Below, one piece after another: positions 1 to 8,665 of a stretch of 20,000 bases of DNA. The stretch is from an uncultured virus (IMG/VR IMGVR_UViG_3300043423_000026). Its lineage: Duplodnaviria; Heunggongvirae; Uroviricota; Caudoviricetes; Crassvirales. Both the position numbers and the translations under genes were made by a program. Every line of letters begins with the position of its first letter. The stretch's first letter is position 1. Where the stretch lies: IMG/VR virus record IMGVR_UViG_3300043423_000026; one strand, given 5' to 3'. The notes beneath the pieces are model-generated. The model was not told the DNA's origin. It did not search any database and saw only the letters and a program-made list of their open reading frames with translations.

Positions 1-1136
1 GACTGAAAAGTAATGCTTGTTATTGCATTACAGGCACTAAAACATCCTGATAATACCGAAGCATTAAAGTTAGTAGGAAGAACAATGTTTTTTAAATTAT
101 TACACCCATTAAAAGCATTTGAAAAATCATATATTGCATTTGATGAACAAGAGTTAGGTAAATAAATATTTTGCAATTTTGTACAAGTTTGGAAAGCCCC
201 TGAAAAAGTCACAGCAGTTCCTGTTGATACGGGCGCAGGCATTGAAGTAATTTTAACCCACTGCAAAGAAAAACAACCTGCAAATGTAGTTTGCAAACTA
301 TTTAATAAGTTAATACTTGGTAGCGTTATGTTTTTTAAAGCAACGCATCCGTTAAACGCGCTTGCCATTGTAGTACAACTATTCAACGTAGCTGGCAAAG
401 TGACACTCCTTAATTTCTGACAACTACTAAAAACGCTTGATAATTGCGTTATTTTCGTTGCGTTTGATGGAAAAACTATATCTAATAAATTGTAACAGCC
501 ATTAAATGTTAAGTTAAGTATACTCAATGAGCTCGCTGAAGTTGGCATTACAACTACATATAAATTATTACAAGTTTGAAACATATTTTGCATTTGACTT
601 GTCCAAGAAACAGTAGCTGGTAATTTAACATATTCTAACATCATAAAATTTCCAAATCCGAGTGTGGTTGAATATGAAGTAAAATAATTTGCAAAAAAAG
701 CAGATGTACTACAAGTTCCATCTCCAAAATAAGCTTCTAACAATCCAATCCCATAATATGGACTACCTCCTGTTGCTGAAAAATTCGGAATATGCCTTGC
801 ATTTGTTATTACACAAGTTGCATCCCCATAAATTCTTATCTTCCAAGTATTATAACCCCTTGAACAAGGCGTTCCTCCTGTTGAATAGATATGTGATGTG
901 TCTATTGAAGAAACAGTTGTAATTGTGTCAATTGTTCCATCTCCCCAATCAATATATATATTACCAGACGTACGAGTAAATGTAGTTCTAATTGTAAAAG
1001 CTTTTGTTCCTGTATCAGCTACTAAAAATTGTACTTCATTAGGAGTATCTGTTATTGCTACCCAATCGGAAGGTCTTACCCAATCAGGTGGGGTTGGAAT
1101 TGGAGCTATTGAATTTATAGGTACATTAAATGCCAT
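1..1136 (-). CDS. BspA-type leucine-rich-repeat protein with N-terminal PKD-like motif; putative receptor-binding/adhesin protein (3' end outside window)
   Basis: Not in ORF track. Manual translation from ATG at 1136 is open to the window edge: MAFNVPINSIAPIPTPPDWVRPSDW...IYIDWGDGT..., then repeats MFQTCNNLYVVVMP, TFNGCYNLLDIVFP, VFSSCQKLRSVTLP, AFNGCVALKNITLP, AFQTCTKLQNIYLP, AFNGCNNLKNIVLP (FxxCxxLxxIxLP, the BspA/LRR_5 pattern). Confidence 0.85.
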   Translation of the reverse strand, partial: MAFNVPINSIAPIPTPPDWVRPSDWVAITDTPNEVQFLVADTGTKAFTIRTTFTRTSGNIYIDWGDGTIDTITTVSSIDTSHIYSTGGTPCSRGYNTWKIRIYGDATCVITNARHIPNFSATGGSPYYGIGLLEAYFGDGTCSTSAFFANYFTSYSTTLGFGNFMMLEYVKLPATVSWTSQMQNMFQTCNNLYVVVMPTSASSLSILNLTFNGCYNLLDIVFPSNATKITQLSSVFSSCQKLRSVTLPATLNSCTTMASAFNGCVALKNITLPSINLLNSLQTTFAGCFSLQWVKITSMPAPVSTGTAVTFSGAFQTCTKLQNIYLPNSCSSNAIYDFSNAFNGCNNLKNIVLPTNFNASVLSGCFSACNAITSITFQ

Positions 1137-1141
1137 TAGAT

Positions 1142-4100
1142 TTAAGTTGTTTGTGTTATTACTATATCAACCACCATATCATCTTGTGGTGGAAATTGTG
1201 AGTAGAATGTAGCTACTCCTGCTGCAACATCTACAAATGGTAGTACTTGAGCGTTATATGCTGTTAGGTAACTTGCGTTTTGAGGTGTTACTGAAACATC
1301 GCAAGTAGTGTCTATATTTACATTACTAAATGCGTAAGTATAATAACTACCAACTAATGTCCAAGAACCTTCTGTTAAAGTTTGTGATGTAAGTTTAACA
1401 GGAGTTGAACCTCCACCTCCACCACTATACTGAGGAATATTTAAAGTAGCACCAACTAATGTAGCAGGTCCACTTGTTCCTGTAGTAGTTAGTGTTATTG
1501 TATTTTGTTTTGAATTGAAAGTACTCCAATCCGTAGAAGATAAAGCACCTCTATTAGCCGCTGATGCGGTAGGTACGTTTAAAGTTATTACAGGGGTTGT
1601 GGTTGGATTAGCTACTGTTGAACTTAAATCAGTTCCTGAAGTACCTAAAGTTAATGCAGCTACTGAAGTAACAGTACCTGAACCACCACCTCCGCCTACA
1701 GCAGTCCAAGCTGTTCCATTGTATTGGTATAGAGATAATAAATCCGTATCGTAAACAATTAAACCTGTAGCAGGAGAAGATATTGCGTTCTTCTGAGCGG
1801 TAGTCATACGTGGCGTAAGAAGCCCCTGTGTTGTTGATGTCAAATCTAACTGAGCAGATGGATGAGGCAATGAAAGTCCTACTGCTAAACTACTACTAGG
1901 TATACTAACTACATTTGAACCACCAAATGATGAAGATATTGAACCGCTAGCCATCTCAAAGGTAGCCGATGATGGGTCAAAAGAAATCATATTACCACCT
2001 GCTGCACATACTAATCTTTCAATAGCAGATGTTCCTGTTCCTAATTTTATATCTCCTTTTACGTGTAATCTTTCGTCAGGTGTAGCTATGCCTATACCCA
2101 ATCTATTATTAGTATCGTCCCAAAAGAAATTAGCATTGTCTTGTGCTATTGTAGTTCCATTAGAAAACAAAACAGAACCGCTTGTAAGAGCAGGTAATGT
2201 AAATTTAGCATTCCAAGTTGCTGCTGAAGCTATATAAGCATCCGCAATAGCTGTAGCATTCCATATTCCTGATGTAACTGTTCCTAATGCAAATGAAGCT
2301 CCATTTGTAACTCCAATTACCTTAGATGTTCCTTGTCCATCAAATGTAATATTTCCTCCTAAATACCAAGTCTTTGGTGCTGCTGAAGAAGTAACAATGT
2401 TACCATTTGCTAAGAATAATGATACATTCCCACCATAAGTAAGTCCTGCATCTCCATTCTCGGCATCTCCGTATAATCCAATATTGTAATTTCCTGTATG
2501 TGTATCTGTAGCATATCCTCTAACACCAACAGCAACCCCTGTATCAGCGGCTGTGCCAACGTGTCCTTCTCCTGTTACTCCTGTTCCTCTACCTGTTCCT
2601 GTAGAGTTTGTATATCCCGCTCCATAAATACCACTAGCCCAAGTACTTCCTACACTCAATCCTTCAGACATAAGTCCTATATACAAGGACTCATTATGTT
2701 GAACCCCCAAAGGAACATTACTTATAACAGATAAAGCATTAGGAAATCTTGTAAAGTTTGCAGAAGCAGAAGGACCGGTTAAGAACTTCCCTGAAAGCAA
2801 AGTATATGTGCCTAAATCAAGATTTGATGTAGCTCCTGTATAAGGAACATAACCTGTTAAAGAAGGTATATCACTTGTTAAAGCAATTGTTCCTGATGCG
2901 TCAGGCAAATCAAAAGTCTGACTAACTGTTAGGTTATCGGTACTAATTCTAGCCTCAATAAAATTTGTTTTGTTAAGGAAAAAAGAGCCGTCTCCAAAAT
3001 AAAACAAACTATCGCCTGATGCGCTCGTTGCGTAAAAATAGTTTTGGGAAGACTGCATAGACATATAAGCATTCTCATCAATGTCCCAAATATTAAGCGT
3101 GCCAATGCTTGCAGGTAGTATAGATATATTTCCTGCAGATAAAACTTGGTCTAAAGTAGGTGCTGGGTCCGATGTTAAAGCTATTGTACCCGATGCGTTT
3201 GGTAATTGAAAAACTCTTGTTGCCGTTAATGAAGTTGTTCTTATTGTAGCCTCTATTACAGGAGACTCAAATATAGTTAATCCACGTGGTTCAACACGAA
3301 ATACATAATCACCATTATAATCAGTAAAATAAAATGTCTTATCATTTGTGGTTATTTTTGAATATCCCGAACCTGCAAAATCATACAATCCAAGTGCACT
3401 ACCGATATTAGCATCTAATAATGAGCTGTTTCCAACCGTTAAAACGCTGTTTAAATCTTGCGAACCACCTGTAGTAACAGACCCGTCTGCCATTAAAAAC
3501 TGAGAAGATGTTCCTCCGTCTTTAACAAAAGAACCTCCTTTTACAGCACCTCTTAATCGAGTAGATGTAATCGCAGAACTACCTAATGTAACAGTATTGT
3601 TTCCTTCCCCAACAGCATTTGCGCCAATAACAATTTCATTAGTCGAAGATGTGTTGAGAGATTTTGAACTATAACCTATAAATATACTTTCTGTAGCTGT
3701 ATTTAGATTACCTGCTGAAGAATATCTACCTGCGTCCCTACCTAAAGCTGAAACGTAATTTGATAAAGAGTTTAATAATGAAAAATTACCAATTGCTACA
3801 TTATAGTTTCCTGTAGTGTTTGCTCTTAATGCTTCTTGGCCTACAGCGGTATTAAATGTACCTGATGTATTTGAGTTCATTGTTTCAGCACCTATAGCTG
3901 TATTTTTATCAGCTACATTATTTTCTAATACTCTATATCCTACAGCAGTGTTAAAACTACCAACAAGATTTCGATACAATGAATAAGTTCCGATTGATGT
4001 ATTAGACGCTCCTGTTGTACTTATTGGACTTGATAAAAGACCAACTGCTACATTATAGTTTCCTGATAAATTATTTCTTAATGAAGCGTAACCATTTGCT

Positions 4101-4846
4101 GTATTATAATTACCACCAATATTATCTCTTAAAGATTGAGCTCCTATTGATGTGTTATAATTTCCACTAGTATTATTTGCTAAAACAGTTGCTCCAATAG
4201 CAGTGTTATATAAAGAATTACCTGCACCTCTTCCTATTCTAAGTCCATTTATATAAATGTCTTGATTAGCAGTATCTCCTACAGACACAACATCCCCTAA
4301 TGTAGGAGTTGTTGAAGTAGGACTATTTATCCATCTTATCCCCGATGCAGTCTTAGAAAGAATCTGACCTGTGGTACCAATTCCCGCAGTATCATCTTGA
4401 ATGTTACCCGGAATTATTTTTGTTGAGGTAATATTCCCAACAATAGTAATATTTTGAGTTGCAGTATTACCTGCATCAAGAACTGATTGAAGATTACTTA
4501 CAGGTAAATCAACCCAATTAATACTTGTGGCTCCTTTACTAAGAAACTGAAAAGTAAGTCCTTGACTTCCGCTTGTATCCTCAATATTATCAGGTTTTAT
4601 CAATGTAGCATCAATAGTACCTGTTAATGTAATATTTTGAGTTGCGGTATTTCCTGCATTCAATACAGCTTGTAATGTTGCTGCAGGGAAGTTAGCAGAA
4701 AATAATTGTAATAGCTCCCCTAACGAAAAGTTTTTAGTGGCAAGCGGTGTTCGTGAAGGAACAGGTCTTGGTGCTTCCGTACCTATCAACCTATCGCTTA
4801 ACTGCAATGGCGTGTCGGCCAAAGCATAGGTAGCTATTTTTGACAT
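1142..4846 (-). CDS. Large fibre/adhesin virion protein (tail or head fibre), 1234 aa
   Basis: G/T/S/N-rich. Has LxxVLxxGNxxxxxI repeats (5 copies), about ten 14-aa NTAxG beta-roll repeats (YadA-head-like), duplicated F(Q/D)LP(N/D)ASGTIALTSD, NRLGIGxxTP and GLLTPRMTTAQKNAISSPATGLIVYDTD motifs typical of Bacteroidota fibre proteins. Confidence 0.85.
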   Translation of the reverse strand: MSKIATYALADTPLQLSDRLIGTEAPRPVPSRTPLATKNFSLGELLQLFSANFPAATLQAVLNAGNTATQNITLTGTIDATLIKPDNIEDTSGSQGLTFQFLSKGATSINWVDLPVSNLQSVLDAGNTATQNITIVGNITSTKIIPGNIQDDTAGIGTTGQILSKTASGIRWINSPTSTTPTLGDVVSVGDTANQDIYINGLRIGRGAGNSLYNTAIGATVLANNTSGNYNTSIGAQSLRDNIGGNYNTANGYASLRNNLSGNYNVAVGLLSSPISTTGASNTSIGTYSLYRNLVGSFNTAVGYRVLENNVADKNTAIGAETMNSNTSGTFNTAVGQEALRANTTGNYNVAIGNFSLLNSLSNYVSALGRDAGRYSSAGNLNTATESIFIGYSSKSLNTSSTNEIVIGANAVGEGNNTVTLGSSAITSTRLRGAVKGGSFVKDGGTSSQFLMADGSVTTGGSQDLNSVLTVGNSSLLDANIGSALGLYDFAGSGYSKITTNDKTFYFTDYNGDYVFRVEPRGLTIFESPVIEATIRTTSLTATRVFQLPNASGTIALTSDPAPTLDQVLSAGNISILPASIGTLNIWDIDENAYMSMQSSQNYFYATSASGDSLFYFGDGSFFLNKTNFIEARISTDNLTVSQTFDLPDASGTIALTSDIPSLTGYVPYTGATSNLDLGTYTLLSGKFLTGPSASANFTRFPNALSVISNVPLGVQHNESLYIGLMSEGLSVGSTWASGIYGAGYTNSTGTGRGTGVTGEGHVGTAADTGVAVGVRGYATDTHTGNYNIGLYGDAENGDAGLTYGGNVSLFLANGNIVTSSAAPKTWYLGGNITFDGQGTSKVIGVTNGASFALGTVTSGIWNATAIADAYIASAATWNAKFTLPALTSGSVLFSNGTTIAQDNANFFWDDTNNRLGIGIATPDERLHVKGDIKLGTGTSAIERLVCAAGGNMISFDPSSATFEMASGSISSSFGGSNVVSIPSSSLAVGLSLPHPSAQLDLTSTTQGLLTPRMTTAQKNAISSPATGLIVYDTDLLSLYQYNGTAWTAVGGGGGSGTVTSVAALTLGTSGTDLSSTVANPTTTPVITLNVPTASAANRGALSSTDWSTFNSKQNTITLTTTGTSGPATLVGATLNIPQYSGGGGGSTPVKLTSQTLTEGSWTLVGSYYTYAFSNVNIDTTCDVSVTPQNASYLTAYNAQVLPFVDVAAGVATFYSQFPPQDDMVVDIVITQTT

Positions 4847-4861
4847 TGTATTATTTTTTTA

Positions 4862-5095
4862 TTAAACTACGATTCTAACTTCTCCTGTTGCCGTTTTGTA
4901 TAATGTACCAACAGCTAAACCACCTGTTATAGCAGCAGCATTATCAGCAAAAGTAAGAAATGTACTACCTAACAAAGCAAGAACATCTGCTATCTCAAAG
5001 TTTTTTGTATTATCAGAATCACTTGTATCTGTTCCTAAAAGGAAATCAGTCAATGAAGGTGGATTTGGTTGAGGGTATGTACTTATTTTAGCCAC
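4862..5095 (-). CDS. Small virion protein paralogous to the N-terminus of the adjacent fibre
   Basis: GTG start. MAKISTY...TDFLLGTD...TKNFEIADVLAL aligns by eye with fibre MSKIATY...SDRLIGTE...TKNFSLGELLQL. Confidence 0.75.
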   Translation of the reverse strand: MAKISTYPQPNPPSLTDFLLGTDTSDSDNTKNFEIADVLALLGSTFLTFADNAAAITGGLAVGTLYKTATGEVRIVV

Positions 5096-5101
5096 AATCT
5101 A

Positions 5102-5443
5102 CTAGTTTAAAGTTAATAAATATAAAGTCTTATCCAATAAAGAAAGGATTTCGTCCATAATGTTTTGCAACTCAGAGCTGTAATTTGTTCTCTCTGTATC
5201 TACAATTGAACGTAATTCTTTTAAATGAGATACAGCTTCTACATTTTTAGATTCGGGAATAACTATCTCAACTCTTTTATTTCTACCAAAGTAAGCTTCA
5301 GTGAAAGTATCAGTTAAGTCAAGGATTCCATCATAATAAGCGTTTAAAGCTTTATGCTCAGCATAACTTGTTGTTTGAAGATGAGCAATATGCATTGCAT
5401 CTCTTGATTGGAACAATGTTCCGATAAATTTTCCCGGTGTCAT
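5102..5443 (-). CDS. Ferritin/Dps-like four-helix protein (phage DUF5856-like)
   Basis: HIAHLQTTSYAEHKALNAYYDGILDLTDTFTEAYFG resembles the Dps ferroxidase His/His/Asp/Glu pattern; C-terminal ELQNIMDEILSLLDKTLYLL helix. Confidence 0.75.
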   Translation of the reverse strand: MTPGKFIGTLFQSRDAMHIAHLQTTSYAEHKALNAYYDGILDLTDTFTEAYFGRNKRVEIVIPESKNVEAVSHLKELRSIVDTERTNYSSELQNIMDEILSLLDKTLYLLTLN

Positions 5444-5445
5444 AA

Positions 5446-5688
5446 TTATTCTGTTTTATGCGTTATCTCTCCTGTTTGAATATTGATAACAGCGTCTGCA
5501 CCGTACTTCTCAATTAAAGTTTTTTCTTGTGTAGAAAATTCTGTTTTCAATAATTCAATATGTTTTAAAATCTGTTGTTTCTGCAACTCAACATCTCCAA
5601 TAGCCATTTTTGCCTTATTGAACTCTGAGTTTAATTCGTTGATTTTAGTAAGCTCTTCTTGTGTTACTGTTTGAATTGTGTTTTCCAT
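5446..5688 (-). CDS. Small coiled-coil phage protein
   Basis: 80-aa ORF with heptad pattern ending EKYGADAVINIQTGEI; A-rich leader and its own promoter-like site upstream. Confidence 0.75.
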   Translation of the reverse strand: MENTIQTVTQEELTKINELNSEFNKAKMAIGDVELQKQQILKHIELLKTEFSTQEKTLIEKYGADAVINIQTGEITHKTE

Positions 5689-5714
5689 TTTTATTTGATT
5701 TAATTGTTATGATA

Positions 5715-5726
5715 CAAATGTAATAA
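5715..5726 (-). promoter_or_regulatory. Bacteroidota -7 promoter element (TTATTACATTTG)
   Basis: Reverse complement contains TACATTTG, matching TAnnTTTG, about 27 nt upstream of the ORF start at 5688. The same 12-mer occurs at 10207-10218. Confidence 0.6.
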
Positions 5727-5729
5727 TTT

Positions 5730-6197
5730 TTAAGGTAATATTTTAAATAACTTATTCCTGAAGTAAAAAATCAATATTGCTAATATCAATATCCAAAGCC
5801 ACAACCAATAAGCTAAATGACTTTCTTTTTTATCTACATCTTTCTTAAATGCTTTAACTGAAGTATTCTTTTTAACGTTGGCTTTAATTAAGACCTTTTC
5901 AGACACTTTTATTTTTGTGGTATCTACGAATACCTTTTTTGTTTTTTTATATCTAATCTTGGCGTTTTTGTACGTTATTCCGTTTACAACCATAGGTATT
6001 GAGTCCGACAATGGACACACCTCAAACTCATCTGTATCCGTTACAATACTAACGTGATTGTCTTGTGCAGATATAGTCTCTTTTTTAGTTACAGATGTAC
6101 TATCTGTTTTTACAACAGAGTCTATTTTATCTACGTTTACCTTTCTCGCTCCGCAACTAATTAGAAATAAACAAAAAAATAATGTTATATATCTCAT
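5730..6197 (-). CDS. Putative unimolecular spanin (lipoprotein with C-terminal TM helix)
   Basis: Signal peptide with lipobox (MRYITLFFCLFLIS-C), S/T/V/K-rich middle, C-terminal hydrophobic helix YWLWLWILILAILIFYF followed by RNK; directly downstream of the endolysin. Confidence 0.75.
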   Translation of the reverse strand: MRYITLFFCLFLISCGARKVNVDKIDSVVKTDSTSVTKKETISAQDNHVSIVTDTDEFEVCPLSDSIPMVVNGITYKNAKIRYKKTKKVFVDTTKIKVSEKVLIKANVKKNTSVKAFKKDVDKKESHLAYWLWLWILILAILIFYFRNKLFKILP

Positions 6198-6649
6198 ATT
6201 TTTATAAAATAATTAGCTGATTCTGATATTCTTCTTTTAGTCAATCCGTTTAAAACTTTACCTCCTGATTTATTCCATTTAAGAAACTCTTTAGCTATAT
6301 TAGCATCGTTTGGATTGTTATTAACTAGTTTTAAAAGCGTAGAATTATTAAAGTTAGCCTTACCAACGTTATAACAAAAAGACACTAAGGAGTTAAATTG
6401 ATTTTGATTTACATTAGATGTTACTTTTTTTGAAACGTGTTTAGCAAAATCATCAGCTACATCTTTAAATAACTCAAAAGCATCATCTATACTTATAGGC
6501 TTATCTTGTAAAGTAACCTTAGTACCGTCACTGTAGTAAGTATTTCCATATCCAATGGTAGGGCGTTTTGCGCTACATAAATATGGCTCTAGTGATAATC
6601 CTTCAAAATCTGTTATTAACTTATAACCTTTGTTATTTAGTGATTTCAT
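6194..6649 (-). CDS. Endolysin, GH24 phage lysozyme
   Basis: FEGLSLEPYLCSAKRPTIGYGNT (E-x8-C-x5-T catalytic motif), NQNQFNSLVSFCYNVG, FLKWNKSGGKVLNGLTKRRISE. Confidence 0.95.
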   Translation of the reverse strand: MKSLNNKGYKLITDFEGLSLEPYLCSAKRPTIGYGNTYYSDGTKVTLQDKPISIDDAFELFKDVADDFAKHVSKKVTSNVNQNQFNSLVSFCYNVGKANFNNSTLLKLVNNNPNDANIAKEFLKWNKSGGKVLNGLTKRRISESANYFIKI

Positions 6650-7067
6650 TTATGTCTTCTTTAACTTCTTTTGCTCTTAGAAATGCTTTTTTAAGTAAAC
6701 TCCAAATCTTTATACTATAAGCCTCTTCTATATTTTCTTTTATCGAAACCAATTCAATAAAAATTAAAAGAATAGCACATATTTTAGTAAACATATAGTT
6801 TATACTTAGCCATTTAAAAATAAACTCATTTAAAATAAATTTATCAATAACGAATAATAATACAACGCAAATTTCGTATAGCAACATTTTTGATACAATC
6901 TGAGATAATCTTCTACTTCTAACACTCTTCCAACCATTTAGCTTTACGCTTTTAAATACACCTGTGAATGTATCAAGAAAGATTGCAGCTCCTACAGCAA
7001 TAAGTATTCCATATATGGGAACAAATAGGAGTATTAATGACGAAAATATATAGTTAACGTATTTCAT
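6633..7067 (-). CDS. Holin (phage holin 4_1-like)
   Basis: Several TM segments, DTFTG motif, ELVSIKENI motif, basic C-terminus; overlaps the lysozyme start. Confidence 0.85.
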   Translation of the reverse strand: MKYVNYIFSSLILLFVPIYGILIAVGAAIFLDTFTGVFKSVKLNGWKSVRSRRLSQIVSKMLLYEICVVLLFVIDKFILNEFIFKWLSINYMFTKICAILLIFIELVSIKENIEEAYSIKIWSLLKKAFLRAKEVKEDINEITK

Positions 7068-7204
7068 TATTTTCCTTGTCCTTTGTATGGTTTAACATAG
7101 TTCTTGCTAGACTTAGACGTACTTGTCTTAGTCTTAGCGTGAACACCCTTTCGTTTTACCTTTGGATTTGCTTTAAATACCGATGTGTTAGTCTGTTTTG
7201 CCAT
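7067..7204 (-). CDS. 45-aa highly basic protein
   Basis: Not in ORF track. MAKQTNTSVFKANPKVKRKGVHAKTKTSTSKSSKNYVKPYKGQGK*; its stop overlaps the holin start (TAATG). Confidence 0.8.
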   Translation of the reverse strand: MAKQTNTSVFKANPKVKRKGVHAKTKTSTSKSSKNYVKPYKGQGK

Positions 7205-7205
7205 C

Positions 7206-7694
7206 TTACCAAAGAGCGTTTACAAGCGTTGCAGTTGTCCCTGTTGCTCTAAGTTTTAAAACTTGAATAGGTAGAGTAGTTCCCGCAGGCACTCCGCTAA
7301 AAGTAATTTGGTCCCCTCCTATTGTAATAACAGAAACATTTCCTGTTCCCCCTACATATAAAAAACAACCTGTATTACTAATACCTGATTGAGAAGATGA
7401 AGAATATAAAGTATATGCTTGTGCTGTTGATGTAAAAATATCAGCATTTAAAGTAATCTGAGTTGCGCTGTCTACAGAAACAACAGTAGCAGAAGTACCT
7501 GCTGTATCATTATGAACTATATCTCCCGGATAAACAGGGTTAGTTATAAAGCTTGCAGCAGAATTTATTAATTTAAAAGCTGTAGCTGTAGTATTAGTAC
7601 CTGTTGAATTTAAAGCCCCTGGATAAGCAAGATTTGCATTATCAGAAGGATGCGCTCTATTTACTCGTGTAAATGTTGTTTTAAATACTGACAT
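7206..7694 (-). CDS. Putative head-spike base protein (resembles RcGTA Rcc01079 family) with internal insertion
   Basis: N-terminal HPSDNANL and C-terminal LYVGGTGNVSVITIGGDQITFSGVPAGTTLPIQVLKLRATGTTATLVNALW match my recollection of that family's pattern. Confidence 0.65.
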   Translation of the reverse strand: MSVFKTTFTRVNRAHPSDNANLAYPGALNSTGTNTTATAFKLINSAASFITNPVYPGDIVHNDTAGTSATVVSVDSATQITLNADIFTSTAQAYTLYSSSSQSGISNTGCFLYVGGTGNVSVITIGGDQITFSGVPAGTTLPIQVLKLRATGTTATLVNALW

Positions 7695-7699
7695 AATTT

Positions 7700-7885
7700 T
7701 TATTTTGGGTTTATTTTATAAAATGTTTTGTTTATTATTAAATTGGGATTGTTCAAATTGTTTTGTCTTCCGTTACAGCCGCAGTCTTTAATCCCCATTG
7801 CTTCTGTTACAAACTCGACAGCTTTTTTTATTCCTGTAGCTGCAGTTATTTTCTCAATTGTATCTCCTAATCCTTTGCTTTTCAT
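7700..7885 (-). CDS. Small phage protein with GLGD...CGC motif
   Basis: MKSKGLGDTIEKIT...DCGCNGRQNNLN; a motif I recognise as recurrent in Bacteroidota phages, function unknown. Confidence 0.75.
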   Translation of the reverse strand: MKSKGLGDTIEKITAATGIKKAVEFVTEAMGIKDCGCNGRQNNLNNPNLIINKTFYKINPK

Positions 7886-7897
7886 TGTGTAAAGATA

Positions 7898-8158
7898 TTA
7901 AAAATTTTTTACTGAATTTGTTGTTGGGTTGTATTTAAAATCATCAACCGGACGACCTGTTTTTTTAGATGCCCTGTCTTTTGCTCTTTCTTCTGCAGTC
8001 ATTAAATTCCTCTTCATACCCTCTTTGGTATAAGTTTTTCCATCTGCTTTTAAATGACCTCTATCTTTCAGTATTCCTACTGCTAATTTCTTATCACCTA
8101 CCTGAGCTGTAAGTCTTTCTAATAACTTACCTCTACCCATAAACTTTTGAGTAGCCAT
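7898..8158 (-). CDS. Small basic hypothetical protein
   Basis: 86-aa K/R-rich ORF in a tightly packed operon. Confidence 0.75.
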   Translation of the reverse strand: MATQKFMGRGKLLERLTAQVGDKKLAVGILKDRGHLKADGKTYTKEGMKRNLMTAEERAKDRASKKTGRPVDDFKYNPTTNSVKNF

Positions 8159-8159
8159 A

Positions 8160-8378
8160 CTACTTCTTTTTAGCGGTAGGTTTAACGTTTCCTTTTAAAA
8201 ACTTCATAGGACCACTCAACGACTTTTTAGATTCGTATTTAGCAGCCTTACTTATTATCTTTTCTTGAGTAATCATTTTCTTGGTAGGCTTTTTACCTGA
8301 CCCTTTTGCGTCTCTAATATTATCCCAAAGACCTCTTTGAGATACTGACCCGTCTTTTCTTTTAATTAACTCTTTCAT
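8160..8378 (-). CDS. Small basic hypothetical protein (GLWDNIR motif)
   Basis: 72-aa Lys-rich ORF; start overlaps upstream stop (TAATG). Confidence 0.75.
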   Translation of the reverse strand: MKELIKRKDGSVSQRGLWDNIRDAKGSGKKPTKKMITQEKIISKAAKYESKKSLSGPMKFLKGNVKPTAKKK

Positions 8379-8665
8379 TAGTATTTCCCCTTTCTGTTTT
8401 TTGGGTTAGGAGTAGTAGAACCTCCCGGTCCTGCCCATAATTTTTTACACGCCCAATATCTTGGGGTTAGTTTATCATTTGCTGTATCGCAACTATGTCT
8501 TGCCTTAAAACTTCTACGAGCAGCAGGACTATAGTTATTACCATAACCCTTGGCCCCAAAATGGAGAAGTTTTTCTTCCCCATTGGAGCAGGCTTTTACC
8601 ATCATCTTCTTCCCCGCTCTATTTGAGGGAACAGGATGGTTACATTTCATTTTTGACTTATCCAC
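8378..8665 (-). CDS. Basic Cys/His-containing viral protein (DUF5754/DUF6321-like)
   Basis: HFGAKGY...RRSFKARHSCD...PRYWACKKLW pattern. Likely start is GTG 8665 or ATG 8650 rather than the track's 8710, which lies inside the upstream ORF. Confidence 0.7.
   Translation of the reverse strand: MDKSKMKCNHPVPSNRAGKKMMVKACSNGEEKLLHFGAKGYGNNYSPAARRSFKARHSCDTANDKLTPRYWACKKLWAGPGGSTTPNPKNRKGKY

Noticed and set aside
689..2734. Plus-strand track ORFs 689..922, 898..1212, 1515..1754, 2498..2734
   Set aside because: Antisense shadows of the LRR and fibre genes; no recognisable protein features.
1..4846. Diversity-generating retroelement targeting the fibre or LRR gene
   Set aside because: No reverse transcriptase and no TR/VR pair with adenine-specific mismatches seen in the window.
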